Shown: positions 19,058 to 29,458 of the stretch, piece after piece
Numbering within the stretch: the first letter of the stretch is position 1
Layout: each line of letters starts with the position of its first letter
Assembly: GCA_963836235.1 (NCBI GenBank)
Contig: CAWIIP010000002.1
Location: 1,990,120 to 2,054,119, forward strand
Direction of reading: 5' to 3'
Source of the DNA: an uncultured Pseudomonadota bacterium
Lineage (GTDB): Bacteria; Oederibacteriota; Muellerivitia; Muellerivitales; Muellerivitaceae
DNA: 64,000 bases
Translations under genes and position numbers: made by a program
Notes under the pieces: generated by a model
Told to the model about the DNA's origin: nothing
Seen by the model: the letters and a program-made list of their open reading frames with translations, nothing else
Database searches by the model: none

Positions 19058-19501
19058 ATGGAAATCAACAGCTACTGCCCGGAATGCGAGAATGGGATTT
19101 TTCTATATGAAATGCCCACGGCGGGTTTATTGCCCTGTAAGCGTTGCGGCAAAGGAAGGGAAGCCACGGGCAACGGGGAACTGGACGCCCAGGGGGCTAT
19201 CCAAAAGTGCGGCCTTTGCGGCTGTACAGAGTTTTACCGCCAAAAGGATTTCAACACTAAACTGGGGCTTTGGTTGATCGTGCTCATGGTGATTTTGGCG
19301 ATCGTGTTCAACAAGTGGTTCATCCAAATCCTGATCGTTTTCGCGGTCCTGGACCTGGCCCTTTATTTTGGGCTAGGTGATATCGTCCTCTGCTATAACT
19401 GCAGGGCCATTTACCGGGGCCTGCCCATTTCAGAAAAAATTGGCGGGTTTGATTTAAAAATCCATGACCAATATGCCTTTAAGAATAAGAAGCCGGAATA
19501 A
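19058..19501 (+). CDS. Zn-finger membrane protein (4 CxxC, 2 TM)
   Basis: CPEC, CKRC, CGLCG...FYRQKDF, CYNC; abuts the upstream stop codon. Confidence 0.7.
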   Translation: MEINSYCPECENGIFLYEMPTAGLLPCKRCGKGREATGNGELDAQGAIQKCGLCGCTEFYRQKDFNTKLGLWLIVLMVILAIVFNKWFIQILIVFAVLDLALYFGLGDIVLCYNCRAIYRGLPISEKIGGFDLKIHDQYAFKNKKPE

Positions 19502-19510
19502 GGAGCAGAT

Positions 19511-20389
19511 ATGCCGGACCAGCCATCCAACCCCGCCGGACCCCAGGGAAACAACCAAGACCCCCTTTACGCCCCGGAGTCGGGTTTCTCTCTTTTCTTG
19601 AAGCTGTTTATCGTTCCGGCCGCCATCGTTGCCGTGGCCTTGGGCATCTTTCTATTAGGGACTCTGGCCATCCAACATCCTAAAAGCGCCCAAGAGTACT
19701 TGGAAGAACTTCGAAGCGACAGCACCAGCCGCCGCTGGCAGGCGGCCTATGAGCTTTCCCGCATGTTGAACCAGGGGGAAAAAGTCGAGTTCGACGAAAA
19801 CCTGCGGGCCGACTTGGTGAAAACCTTCACTGAAGCCAAAAAGGATGACCCCCGGGTAAGGGAATATTTAGCCCTGGTCCTGGGGCGGATGAAGGAGAAG
19901 TCGGCGGTACTGGCCTTGTCCGACGCGGTCGGGGATGAGTCCGACGACGTAAAAATCTACAGTCTATGGGCCCTGGGCAACATTGAAGACCCGGCTGGCG
20001 GTCCCGCGGCCCTTCAGGCCCTGTCGAATTCGAACCCCGAGGTTCAACGCATGGCCGTCGGAGCCTTGAGCGCCCTTCGTTATGAACCGGCGAAAAACGC
20101 CCTGGAGGCTAATTTGACCAGTTCCAACGAAGGCTTGAAATATGATTCGGCGGTGGCCCTCGCCCGGATCAAGGATGAGCAGGCTATCCCAACCCTGTTA
20201 TATATGATGAACCTCAAGGCGACCGGACAGCCGGGCGACGAAATTATCCAGTCCGCCAAAATCGCGGCTATTGAGGGAGCCCAGGAACTGAACAATGCCG
20301 GTCTACATGCCCAAGTGGTCGCCCTGAGCCAGAATGATCCTGATTTAAAGGTGCGGGAAGCGGCCTTGGATGCCCTCAAGAAGCCATAA
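19511..20389 (+). CDS. Membrane-anchored HEAT-repeat protein
   Basis: One TM followed by repeated VR..A..ALG units. Confidence 0.8.
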   Translation: MPDQPSNPAGPQGNNQDPLYAPESGFSLFLKLFIVPAAIVAVALGIFLLGTLAIQHPKSAQEYLEELRSDSTSRRWQAAYELSRMLNQGEKVEFDENLRADLVKTFTEAKKDDPRVREYLALVLGRMKEKSAVLALSDAVGDESDDVKIYSLWALGNIEDPAGGPAALQALSNSNPEVQRMAVGALSALRYEPAKNALEANLTSSNEGLKYDSAVALARIKDEQAIPTLLYMMNLKATGQPGDEIIQSAKIAAIEGAQELNNAGLHAQVVALSQNDPDLKVREAALDALKKP

Positions 20390-20407
20390 AAAGTTCGAGG
20401 CGATAGT

Positions 20408-21100
20408 GTGATCATTTCTGAAACCCAGATCGATAAGCATTCCTGCATCATCCTGGACCCGCCGATTATCCAATCCGGTTCGCCTGTAATCGTTGTTCTT
20501 CATGGATTGGGAACCAACTCAGACGATCTGGTCCCCTTTTGTGAACAATTGAACCTTCCGGATTGCCGGTTTGTCCTGCCCGATGCGCCCCTGCATTTGC
20601 CGGGTTATCCGGAAGGGGCCTATGCCTGGTATGATTTTCAAGCTCATGATCGGTTGGAAATCGTAGATAGCCGGGAATATCTTTTTAAAGTGATGGACCG
20701 GTTTTCCGACGACCCCAATTTACGGCCCGCTCCCGGTAGCGAGAAAAAAATATCGCCTATCATTCTCATGGGTTTTTCCCAGGGGGGAGTGATGTCTTTG
20801 GAAGCGGGGTTAAACTACAAAGGCAAGATAGCGGCCATCGTTTCCATGAGCGGTTATATGCCCGATCCTTGGGCCACCTTGACCAAGGCCGAAGCCCCGC
20901 TTGAAACGCCCATCCTGTTGGTTCATGGGGCCGAGGACCAGGTAGTTCCGTTGGAAGGCTCACACCACGCCGCTGAATCACTCAAGCAGACGGGATACAA
21001 CCCGGTTCTCAAGGTATTTCCCATGGGTCACACCATCACCTTGGAATCCCTCAAGGAAGTTTCGAATTTTCTTAAGGAAATAATCGTCAAAAATCGTTAA
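20408..21100 (+). CDS. Phospholipase/carboxylesterase (Abhydrolase_2)
   Basis: LHGLG, GFSQGG, HGAEDQVVP, MGH. Confidence 0.9.
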   Translation: MIISETQIDKHSCIILDPPIIQSGSPVIVVLHGLGTNSDDLVPFCEQLNLPDCRFVLPDAPLHLPGYPEGAYAWYDFQAHDRLEIVDSREYLFKVMDRFSDDPNLRPAPGSEKKISPIILMGFSQGGVMSLEAGLNYKGKIAAIVSMSGYMPDPWATLTKAEAPLETPILLVHGAEDQVVPLEGSHHAAESLKQTGYNPVLKVFPMGHTITLESLKEVSNFLKEIIVKNR

Positions 21101-21223
21101 GAGCCTCACTCATAAAGGCTTCTTAGCCGCTTGAGAATGACTTGAAAACCCACCAGCCCCTTTGTAACTTAACGACGTTGGGTTTGCCTTATTTGAAATT
21201 ACATTTTTTTTGGAGGAGTAAAC

Positions 21224-22138
21224 ATGAGTTGGCTTCGACGGATTTTCCTTTTTGCCCTGGTCAATATCCTGGTGATGGTGACCATCACTACGGTCATTCA
21301 ATTGCTCGGCCTTCAGTCTTTTTTCTCCCAAAGAGGGATGGATTACGGTTCCCTGATGGTTTTTTGCCTGGTTTGGGGTTTTGGGGGGGCTTTTATCTCG
21401 CTGCTGCTTTCCCGATGGATGGCCAAAACCATGATGGGGGTCCAGGTCATCAATCCGGCAAATCCGGGAAGCCAGGATGAACGCTGGCTAGTGGAGACCG
21501 TTCATCGTTTGGCCAAGAGCGCAGGCTTGGAAACCATGCCGGAAGTGGGCTTTTACAACAGTCCTGACCCTAACGCATTTGCCACGGGGCCGGGCCGGGA
21601 CAGTGCCCTAGTAGCCGTTTCCAACGGGCTTTTTCAATTGATGAACAAAGACGAAATCGAGGGCGTGTTGGGGCATGAGCTCACCCATGTCACCAATGGG
21701 GATATGGTTACCATGACTTTGCTCCAGGGCGTTATCAACGCCTTCGTTATGTTTTTGGCCTACGCCGTTTCTTTCGCGTTAACCCGTAGCAACGACCGGC
21801 GGGAAAATAACTATATGACCCAATATTTTGTCCGTATGGCGTTGCAAATGGTTTTTGGAATCCTTGGAATGATTCCCCTGATGGCTTTTTCCCGCTGGCG
21901 GGAATACCGCGCGGACGCGGGAAGCGCCCGGTTATCCGGGAAAACCAAAATGATCAACGCCTTGAAGGAACTGCAAAAGGCCTATGAGCATCCGGTGCAG
22001 GCCCCGGCGGAACCGGCCACTGTCGCGGCTTTCAAGATATCCAGCCGGGATGGCTTTTCCCTTTTCGCCAGCCACCCGCCCTTGGAAAAGAGGATTGAGC
22101 GATTAGAATCGGGTTCTTTGATAGCTTCGGAAGATTAA
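21224..22138 (+). CDS. htpX: Membrane zinc protease HtpX
   Basis: PNAFATG, HELTHVTNGDMVTMTLLQG, FSRWREYRAD, SHPPLEKRI. Confidence 0.95.
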   Translation: MSWLRRIFLFALVNILVMVTITTVIQLLGLQSFFSQRGMDYGSLMVFCLVWGFGGAFISLLLSRWMAKTMMGVQVINPANPGSQDERWLVETVHRLAKSAGLETMPEVGFYNSPDPNAFATGPGRDSALVAVSNGLFQLMNKDEIEGVLGHELTHVTNGDMVTMTLLQGVINAFVMFLAYAVSFALTRSNDRRENNYMTQYFVRMALQMVFGILGMIPLMAFSRWREYRADAGSARLSGKTKMINALKELQKAYEHPVQAPAEPATVAAFKISSRDGFSLFASHPPLEKRIERLESGSLIASED

Positions 22139-22153
22139 AGAGGATGGTCTATG

Positions 22154-22184
22154 AAGACGGTTCCCAATCGGGGCCGCCTTTTTT
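22154..22184. terminator. Terminator between convergent genes
   Basis: AAGACGGTTCC...GGGGCCGCCTTTTTT. Confidence 0.55.
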
Positions 22185-22187
22185 GTT

Positions 22188-23246
22188 TTACGGCCAGTTG
22201 ACCGGCAGGGAATCGGGGTGAAATAAGGAACCCGCTTTTTTGTAATGAAAAGCCAAGTTAATAACTTGTCCACCTCTTAGGGCTTCTATATGGAGACGTT
22301 CCCAAGCGTAGTCACTTTTTCCCCCAATGTTTTTGGCTTGGCTCCAGAACTTAAGTCCTTTAGTTCGATGACCCCTCAAAAATTCGACTTCCGCGAACCC
22401 CAATAAGGAATAGATGCGACCACGAGTGTCACCGGTTTTCTTGAATAGGCCATCCGCCTTTTGAAAGGCCGACCAAGCCGGAGAATAGTCACCTAACAGC
22501 TTATAAGTGGTACCAATAGACCAGAGGGTATAAGCGTAACTGACCCGGTCGCCGATCGTTCCATAGAGCTTTTCGGCTTTTTTATAGAAGGGAAGGGCCT
22601 GTTGGAAACGGCCCGCCATCCGCTCCACATTGCCCAAACCGCAGTAGGAATAAGCGATTCCGAAGGTATCCTTGCGCAGGCGCATGAGGCGGTTGGCTTC
22701 CTTATAAAATTTTCCTGAATCCTTATAGCGTCCCAACATTCGGAAAATTCCGCCCAGAGCACAACAGCTGTAAGCAACACCCTCTTTGTTTTTAAGCGAC
22801 TTGAATATTCGCAGGGCGGTCTGAAGCTCCTTGAGGCCCGCGGTCATTTTGCCGGCAATCCTTAGGGTGCCGCCCAGCGCCCAATGGGTGAAAGCCTCCC
22901 CTTGATCATCTTTTTGCATTTGGTAGGCCGTAAGCGCCTTTCGCAGAATGACGAGGGCTTTCTTAGGTCTTCCGCAAGCCCGAGCCGCAAGAGCCCACCC
23001 GACTTGGGCGTCCCAATAAGTTTCATCGTGTTGCTTTTCAAAAATATTAGAGGCCTTCAGATAATTTTGGAGAGCTTTGGAGAAGTCGCCCTGGATTCTT
23101 TCAACGTCCGCTAAACCTAGGAGCGCCTCAGCTTTTTCCATAAGAGTTAGAGAAGGAATTAGAATTAATTTTTTATAAATATTTTGAGCGGCGCGAAATT
23201 GAGAAGCTTCTCGGGCCTTTTCAGCCTTCTCAAATAAACGATCCAA
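22188..23246 (-). CDS. Tetratricopeptide repeat protein
   Basis: ~40-aa repeats of the form G.AYS.C.LG...R..G....A...Y.KA. Confidence 0.85.
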   Translation of the reverse strand: MDRLFEKAEKAREASQFRAAQNIYKKLILIPSLTLMEKAEALLGLADVERIQGDFSKALQNYLKASNIFEKQHDETYWDAQVGWALAARACGRPKKALVILRKALTAYQMQKDDQGEAFTHWALGGTLRIAGKMTAGLKELQTALRIFKSLKNKEGVAYSCCALGGIFRMLGRYKDSGKFYKEANRLMRLRKDTFGIAYSYCGLGNVERMAGRFQQALPFYKKAEKLYGTIGDRVSYAYTLWSIGTTYKLLGDYSPAWSAFQKADGLFKKTGDTRGRIYSLLGFAEVEFLRGHRTKGLKFWSQAKNIGGKSDYAWERLHIEALRGGQVINLAFHYKKAGSLFHPDSLPVNWP

Positions 23247-23433
23247 AAGAAATCCTTTTCTTATTAATGATGCTCATCATAAACGAATCCGATTTTAGGA
23301 AAGATAATCGGCCCGCGAATTAAAAACAAACGAAAAATAACGTATTTGTAATTTTATACAAAACAGTTGTTTTGCATGCATAATGCTCTCCCTATTGGTT
23401 TCTTTCAAAATTTACGAATCCAAGGAGAAAAAG

Positions 23434-24756
23434 ATGAAGTTTCTTCACGGTTCTTTTGATGGATTAAGAGGAAAATCGGCTGGGTGGTTCACCGCGGGTT
23501 TTGCCTTCTTGATGGCCGGCTCCGCCATGGGCCAAGTAAATACGGTTCCGGCCATCAGCGCGGGCGATACGGCCTGGGTCTTGACGTCGGCAGCTTTGGT
23601 TTTGCTGATGACACCGGGGTTGGCGTTCTTCTACGCCGGAATGGTGCGCCGGAAAAACGTCATGGCTACGATTCTCCAGAGTTTCTTTCTGGTGGCCCTC
23701 ATCAGCGTGCAATGGGTTATCTGGGGTTATTCCCTGGCTTTCGGAAACAACGGAAGCAATTTCTGGGGAGGATTGGGCTGGCTTTTCCTGGACAACATGC
23801 CGGCGGTCAGTCCCCTGGCCCCCACCATTCCCCACTACGCCTTCATGATCTTCCAAGCCATGTTCGCCATCATCACGCCAGCTCTTATTTGCGGGGCCTA
23901 TGCCGAGAGGGTGAAATTTAAGGGCTTCGTGGCTTTCTCGCTTCTCTGGGCCACTTTCGTTTATGACCCCATCGCCCATTGGGTTTGGGGTGGTGGTTAT
24001 TTTAAGGACGCCCTGGATTTCGCCGGAGGAACGGTGGTTCATATGTCCTCCGGTTATTCGGCATTGACCCTCGCCCTGCTTTTAGGAACCCGAAAGGGTT
24101 ACGGAAGGGAATCCATGGTTCCCCATAACCTTACTATGGTCCTTTTGGGGGCCAGTTTACTTTGGTTTGGATGGTTCGGGTTCAATGCCGGATCGGCGGG
24201 CGCCGCCAATGCCTTGGCCTGCAACGCCTTTGTTACCACCAACACGGCCACGGCCATGGCGGCTATTACCTGGTGCGCCATAGAGCTTTTCCACCATGGA
24301 AAAGCCTCTTCACTCGGTGCGGCTTCAGGGGCGGTGGCGGGACTGGTAGCGATCACCCCGGCTTGCGGCTTTGTGGATGTGAAAGCCTCGCTCATCATCG
24401 GGTTTGTGGTGAGTTTCCTTTGTTACACCGCGATTCAGATAAAAGTGAAGCTGGGTTATGACGATTCCCTGGACGCTTTCGGGGTACATGGAGTTGGTGG
24501 AACTTGGGGAGCTTTGGCCACCGGGTTGTTCGCCTTGAAGGCCATCAATGGCACGGATGGGCTTTTCGCGGGAAACCCCGCCCAGTTCTTCATCCAATTG
24601 AAAACGGTAGCCGCTACAGCTGTTTATTCGATTTTAGTCACCATCGTTATTTATTTCTTGGTCGAAAAAACGATCGGGATGAGGGTCGGTGTGAAGGACG
24701 AGGAATTGGGCTTGGACTTATCACAACATGGGGAAGAGGGTTACAACCTAAGGTAA
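23434..24756 (+). CDS. amtB: Ammonium transporter (AmtB-type), second copy
   Basis: GDTAWVL.SAALVLLMTPGLAFFYAGMVR, DFAGGTVVH, DDSLDAFGVHG, GLD.SQHGEEGY; AAGGAG RBS. Confidence 0.95.
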   Translation: MKFLHGSFDGLRGKSAGWFTAGFAFLMAGSAMGQVNTVPAISAGDTAWVLTSAALVLLMTPGLAFFYAGMVRRKNVMATILQSFFLVALISVQWVIWGYSLAFGNNGSNFWGGLGWLFLDNMPAVSPLAPTIPHYAFMIFQAMFAIITPALICGAYAERVKFKGFVAFSLLWATFVYDPIAHWVWGGGYFKDALDFAGGTVVHMSSGYSALTLALLLGTRKGYGRESMVPHNLTMVLLGASLLWFGWFGFNAGSAGAANALACNAFVTTNTATAMAAITWCAIELFHHGKASSLGAASGAVAGLVAITPACGFVDVKASLIIGFVVSFLCYTAIQIKVKLGYDDSLDAFGVHGVGGTWGALATGLFALKAINGTDGLFAGNPAQFFIQLKTVAATAVYSILVTIVIYFLVEKTIGMRVGVKDEELGLDLSQHGEEGYNLR

Positions 24757-24780
24757 AAAAGTCTTATTTAATCTGAATAA

Positions 24781-25128
<348 letters not shown>

Positions 25129-25146
25129 TCCAATTTGAGTTAAACT

Positions 25147-25192
25147 AATGGCCTGGTTGTCCGGTGAACCCCGCACGGCCGGGCTATTTTTT
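25147..25192 (+). terminator. Intrinsic terminator
   Basis: AATGGCCTGGTTGT...ACGGCCGGGCTATTTTTT. Confidence 0.6.
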
Positions 25193-25209
25193 AAAAAAGA
25201 AAGGTTTCC

Positions 25210-26208
25210 ATGCGTTTGAAATCTTATGGACTGCTTTTCGCCTGGTGCCTATTAGCCGGAACCCAAGTTTTGGCTGGAGAATCCCTCGCAACCCTAAAGG
25301 TCGTCCCCTGGAACGGGCATAAGGCGGCCACCTCTCTGACCTTTGACGACGGCGATCCTTCCCATTTGGACGTGGTGGTTCCGGAGCTCAACAAAAGGCG
25401 CCTACATGGAACCTTCTTCCTGATCGCCAACAAGATCGACCGTAAAGACGATTGGCGCAAGATCCTGGCGGACGGCCATGAGATCGGCAACCATACGCTG
25501 GACCACAAACACGCCAATGAATTGACGCCCCAGGATGAGGAAGCCCAAGTCGTGGGCGCGCAGAATGTCCTTCAAAAGGAATTTGGCATCGCGGTTTACA
25601 GCTTTGCCTATCCTTTCGTCGAGATATCGCCGGGCCTCAAGGTCCAGGTGGCCAGGACCGATCTTTTAGCCCGGGGCGGCTATGGCGCCAATTACGACAT
25701 CACCCCCGACCAGGACCTCGATTGGATGAATGTTCCTTCCCAAACCACCATGACGGCCTTTCCCTTTTCCACCTACCAAGGATGGATCGACGACGATTAT
25801 CAAAAAGGGGGATGGCTGGTGTGGATGATCCATGGCTTGGAAGGAACACAGTGGGGCTGGCAGCCCATCACCAAAAAAATATTCGGGCAGATACTGGACG
25901 ACCTTCAATCGAAGGATATTTGGGTGGGAACCTTCACCGAGGTGGGGGCCTATTTAAAGGCGCAGAAGGCATTTGAGAAAAGCGTGATCCAAAAAAACGA
26001 TTTTGGCGAAACCTGGACATGGGTTATCCCGGATCACTTTCCTCCCAACGTTACTTTGAAGGTGAGTCTCTCCACCGACTTGAAAGCCGGCGGTGAAAAA
26101 GTCGAAATTCAACAGGGAAATCAAAAGCTCTTGCCGGATGATAAGGGCCTTTACTCCATCAACTTTGACCAAAAAAAGCTTTTCCTCCACCTTTTGCCCA
26201 AAAGTTAA
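25210..26208 (+). CDS. Exported polysaccharide deacetylase (CE4/NodB-like)
   Basis: Signal peptide; SLTFDDG, GHEIGNHT.DH, FAYPF. Confidence 0.85.
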   Translation: MRLKSYGLLFAWCLLAGTQVLAGESLATLKVVPWNGHKAATSLTFDDGDPSHLDVVVPELNKRRLHGTFFLIANKIDRKDDWRKILADGHEIGNHTLDHKHANELTPQDEEAQVVGAQNVLQKEFGIAVYSFAYPFVEISPGLKVQVARTDLLARGGYGANYDITPDQDLDWMNVPSQTTMTAFPFSTYQGWIDDDYQKGGWLVWMIHGLEGTQWGWQPITKKIFGQILDDLQSKDIWVGTFTEVGAYLKAQKAFEKSVIQKNDFGETWTWVIPDHFPPNVTLKVSLSTDLKAGGEKVEIQQGNQKLLPDDKGLYSINFDQKKLFLHLLPKS

Positions 26209-26430
26209 CTTGTTGAAGCGTGAAAAGTAAAAGTTTCCCTCCTGGATTTATAAAAAAATGACAGGTGTGAAAAATTTTGTAAGTTATCCGCTTTTCAAAT
26301 TAGATATGGTCTGGTTTTCCTAAGCAAATTCACCTTAGAATACTGTCAAATTTATCACAGACCGATTTTTAGTCCGGCCGTAAGACTCTCAATACAGTCA
26401 TTCGACAAAAAGCAAACGAGGAGCCACATC

Positions 26431-27447
26431 ATGGCAACTATCAAGGACGTCGCGAAAGTAGCTGGAGTTACCATTGGAACCGTTTCGAGGGTTCTGAACA
26501 ATAAGAAGTGGGTCAGCGAGGATTGCCGGAAAAAAGTTTTAGTCGCGATTAAAGACCTCCATTACAAGCCTCAAGCCCATGCTCGCCGCCTGCGCCAAAA
26601 ACATTCCCATATTTGTGGGGTCATTGCCCCCCATCACACCTCCGTTTTTCACAGCCCCTTCTTCACCAGCATCATGGAAGGCCTGGAGGAAATCGCCGCC
26701 GAAAAACAATACCGCCTTCTTCTGCATCCCTTGAGCGAAACCGCCCGCGCCCAGATTTCCTACCGCACTCTATTGGGCGACGGCAGCGTGGACGGAATGT
26801 TCGTTTTGAACGCCTGGTCGACGGACGCCTCCATCCGTGATTTGACGGAAGCAAACGTTCCTTTTGTATTGATCAACGGCAAGATCACGGGCCAGGAAGA
26901 CCTTCCTTATGTTGGTTTCGACAACCGGGGCGGCGTGAAAAAAGCGATCGAGTATTTGGTCCAATTGGGGCACGAGCGCATCGGCATCATCAACGGGCGC
27001 ATGACCACGACGAACGCCTTGGAGCGTTTCCAGTCCTTCCAAGAAAACCTAGCCGAGCATAAATTGGAATTCCACCAGGAATGGGTCGCCGACGGGGATT
27101 TTGAGGAAGAGGGTGGTTATAAGGCCGCTTTGAAAATTTTGACCGCCGTCCGGCGCCCCAGCGCGATCCTTTGCGCCAGCGATCTTATGGCCATCGGAGC
27201 CGTCCGGGCATTAAAGGAAAAGGGAGTATCGGTTCCCGAAGATATGTCCATTGTAGGGTTTGACAACATGGAGGAAGCGATCTATCACGAGCCTCTTTTA
27301 ACCACGGTGGCCTTTTCAGCCTACGAGATGGGCAAACTGGCCGCCCAAAAGATATTCCAAATCATCGCGGAAGAACCTTTAGTGGAAAAAGCCACCACCC
27401 TTCAAGCCGAATTGATGGCAAGGGAATCCACCCGGAAAATCAATTAA
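26431..27447 (+). CDS. LacI-family transcriptional regulator
   Basis: TIKDVAKVAGVTIGTVSRVLN HTH; VPEDMSIVGFDN. Confidence 0.95.
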   Translation: MATIKDVAKVAGVTIGTVSRVLNNKKWVSEDCRKKVLVAIKDLHYKPQAHARRLRQKHSHICGVIAPHHTSVFHSPFFTSIMEGLEEIAAEKQYRLLLHPLSETARAQISYRTLLGDGSVDGMFVLNAWSTDASIRDLTEANVPFVLINGKITGQEDLPYVGFDNRGGVKKAIEYLVQLGHERIGIINGRMTTTNALERFQSFQENLAEHKLEFHQEWVADGDFEEEGGYKAALKILTAVRRPSAILCASDLMAIGAVRALKEKGVSVPEDMSIVGFDNMEEAIYHEPLLTTVAFSAYEMGKLAAQKIFQIIAEEPLVEKATTLQAELMARESTRKIN

Positions 27448-27473
27448 ACTCTACTCAAACCAAGCGTTACAAT

Positions 27474-27514
27474 AAGCCTTGTCGCCGGGCAAAAGCCCGC
27501 CGATGAGGTTTTTT
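27474..27514 (+). terminator. Intrinsic terminator
   Basis: AAGCCTTGTCG.CGGGC-AAAA-GCCCG.CGATGAGGTTTTTT. Confidence 0.65.
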
Positions 27515-27611
27515 GTTTTTAGGGGCTATTTCTTGAAAGTAGGGCGTCAAAACAGCGTCCGGTTATTTTTGAAAAGGTAACTACCGTTTGAAAGTATGGG
27601 TATTTAGCGAT

Positions 27612-29405
27612 ATGAATCAAATCAACCGTTCCTTGGTTTTTTTGGCTTTTTTTGCCCTGGCGGGTTTCACCGCTGGGCAGGGTTTAACACCCGCCAATAG
27701 TGGCCTGGTCGTTACGGCCCAGGGATTTCCTTCCTTAAAGCCCATCCATCCGGGGACGGTATTTACGGTCGCCGTCCAAGTACAAGTTAAGGAAGGATGG
27801 CACATTAACGCCCATCAAGGCCTGCCCCAGTTTTTCATACCCGCGGAGCTTTCCCTCGGGGAAGGCGCCCCCTTAAGCCTGGTTTCTTCCGTCCGCTATC
27901 CCGATGGAATAAAAGAAAACGTAGGGAGGGCTGGCCAGGCCTTCCCGGTCTATGAAGGGACAGTTTTTCTTTACGCCGACGTGAAATTGAACGAGGACGC
28001 CAAAGAGGGCGGGCTTTCCATCCCTTTTACCTTAAGGGTCCAGGCCTGCAACAACCAGGTTTGCCTGTCCCCGGCGTCGGTCGGGATCGAAATTCCCGTT
28101 ACGGTCGCCGGGCTAGGCCAGCCGGTGGCTCCCGCCTATCCCGAAAAGTTTCAAGAAGCCCTGGCCTCCCAATCCGGCGCCGAGGCGGGGGAAAACATCA
28201 TTGCCAAATACCTGAAGAACAACGGTATTTTGCTGACCTTCGTCCTGATTTTCCTCGGTGGGCTTGCCCTTAACCTGACGCCCTGCGTCTATCCTATGAT
28301 TCCCATTACCATTTCTTATTTTGGGAACCAGAAGGCCGAAAGGCCTTCGGTCATCCTGGGCCGGGCGGTGGCTTACGTGGTGGGCATTTCCATCACTTAT
28401 TCCTCATTGGGCGTCACGGCCGCGCTCACGGGGAAAATCCTGGGTTCCACTTTGCAATCGCCTTTTGTTTTGATCGGTATCTCCCTGGCGCTGATGGCGC
28501 TTTCGCTTTCCATGTTCGGACTTTATGAAATCCAGGCACCCAACTGGCTATTAAACAAGATCGCCTCCAGCAACACCCAGGGGTGGCTGGGCGCTTTGGG
28601 AATGGGCCTGGTTTTCGGCATCGTGGCGGCTCCCTGCGTGGACCCCTTTTCCATCGGCCTGCTGACCTTCGTGGCGGCCAAAGCCAACCCCTACATGGGG
28701 TTCATCATGTTTTTCACGCTCTCGCTGGGGCTGGGCTTTCCTTATATATGGCTGGGGTTCTTTTCCACCGAACTCCAGCGGCTGCCCAAGTCGGGCATGT
28801 GGATGGTTTGGGTGAAGAAAGTGTTCGGCCTCATCCTTTTGGGGATGCCTCTTTATTTCCTGAACGCCCTGATGCCGAAGGATCTCAACCATTACCTGGT
28901 TCCCGCCTATCTGGCCCTCTGCGGCCTTTTATTGGGATGGGTTTTCTCGGGAAAGGGCGTCACGCCGGGGTTTAAGAAATTCCAACATGCTTTTGGGGCA
29001 GGGGTGTTGGCGATGGGGGCCGCCGTTTTCATGGCCTGGCCCCAACCGGTGGAGCTGCCTTTCGCCTCTTATGACGCCGGGTTGCTTCAAAAGGCCCGGC
29101 AGGAAGGAAAGCCCGTCTTCATCGATTTTTCCGCCAATTGGTGTCTGCCCTGCAAGGAACTGGAAATCAAAACTTTTTCCGATCCGGGAACGCACCGGGC
29201 TTTTCAAAAATGGGTTTTATTGAAGGCCGACCTGACCCAATATTCCTCCGGGCCGGTGGAAGAGTTGAAAAAAACCTACGGCATTCAGGGGGTTCCAACC
29301 TTGATTTTCATCGGGCCGGATGGGCAAGAGCGGAAGGACCTGCGGGCGGTAGGGTTTATACCAACGAGCGAACTTCTCCAGAAGATCAGCCAAACTTCCA
29401 ATTAG
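27612..29405 (+). CDS. dsbD: DsbD-like thiol:disulfide interchange protein
   Basis: N-domain QACNNQVC; TM domain LTPCVYPMIP and AAPC; thioredoxin WCLPC. Confidence 0.85.
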   Translation: MNQINRSLVFLAFFALAGFTAGQGLTPANSGLVVTAQGFPSLKPIHPGTVFTVAVQVQVKEGWHINAHQGLPQFFIPAELSLGEGAPLSLVSSVRYPDGIKENVGRAGQAFPVYEGTVFLYADVKLNEDAKEGGLSIPFTLRVQACNNQVCLSPASVGIEIPVTVAGLGQPVAPAYPEKFQEALASQSGAEAGENIIAKYLKNNGILLTFVLIFLGGLALNLTPCVYPMIPITISYFGNQKAERPSVILGRAVAYVVGISITYSSLGVTAALTGKILGSTLQSPFVLIGISLALMALSLSMFGLYEIQAPNWLLNKIASSNTQGWLGALGMGLVFGIVAAPCVDPFSIGLLTFVAAKANPYMGFIMFFTLSLGLGFPYIWLGFFSTELQRLPKSGMWMVWVKKVFGLILLGMPLYFLNALMPKDLNHYLVPAYLALCGLLLGWVFSGKGVTPGFKKFQHAFGAGVLAMGAAVFMAWPQPVELPFASYDAGLLQKARQEGKPVFIDFSANWCLPCKELEIKTFSDPGTHRAFQKWVLLKADLTQYSSGPVEELKKTYGIQGVPTLIFIGPDGQERKDLRAVGFIPTSELLQKISQTSN

Positions 29406-29458
29406 GATGCCCCGAAAACAAAGGTGGTTCAATAGCTTTTCGTTGTGAAGCCTTTTAC

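Noticed and set aside
23360-23380. sigma54 promoter for amt2
   Set aside because: TTGCA is present but there is no GG at the -24 position.
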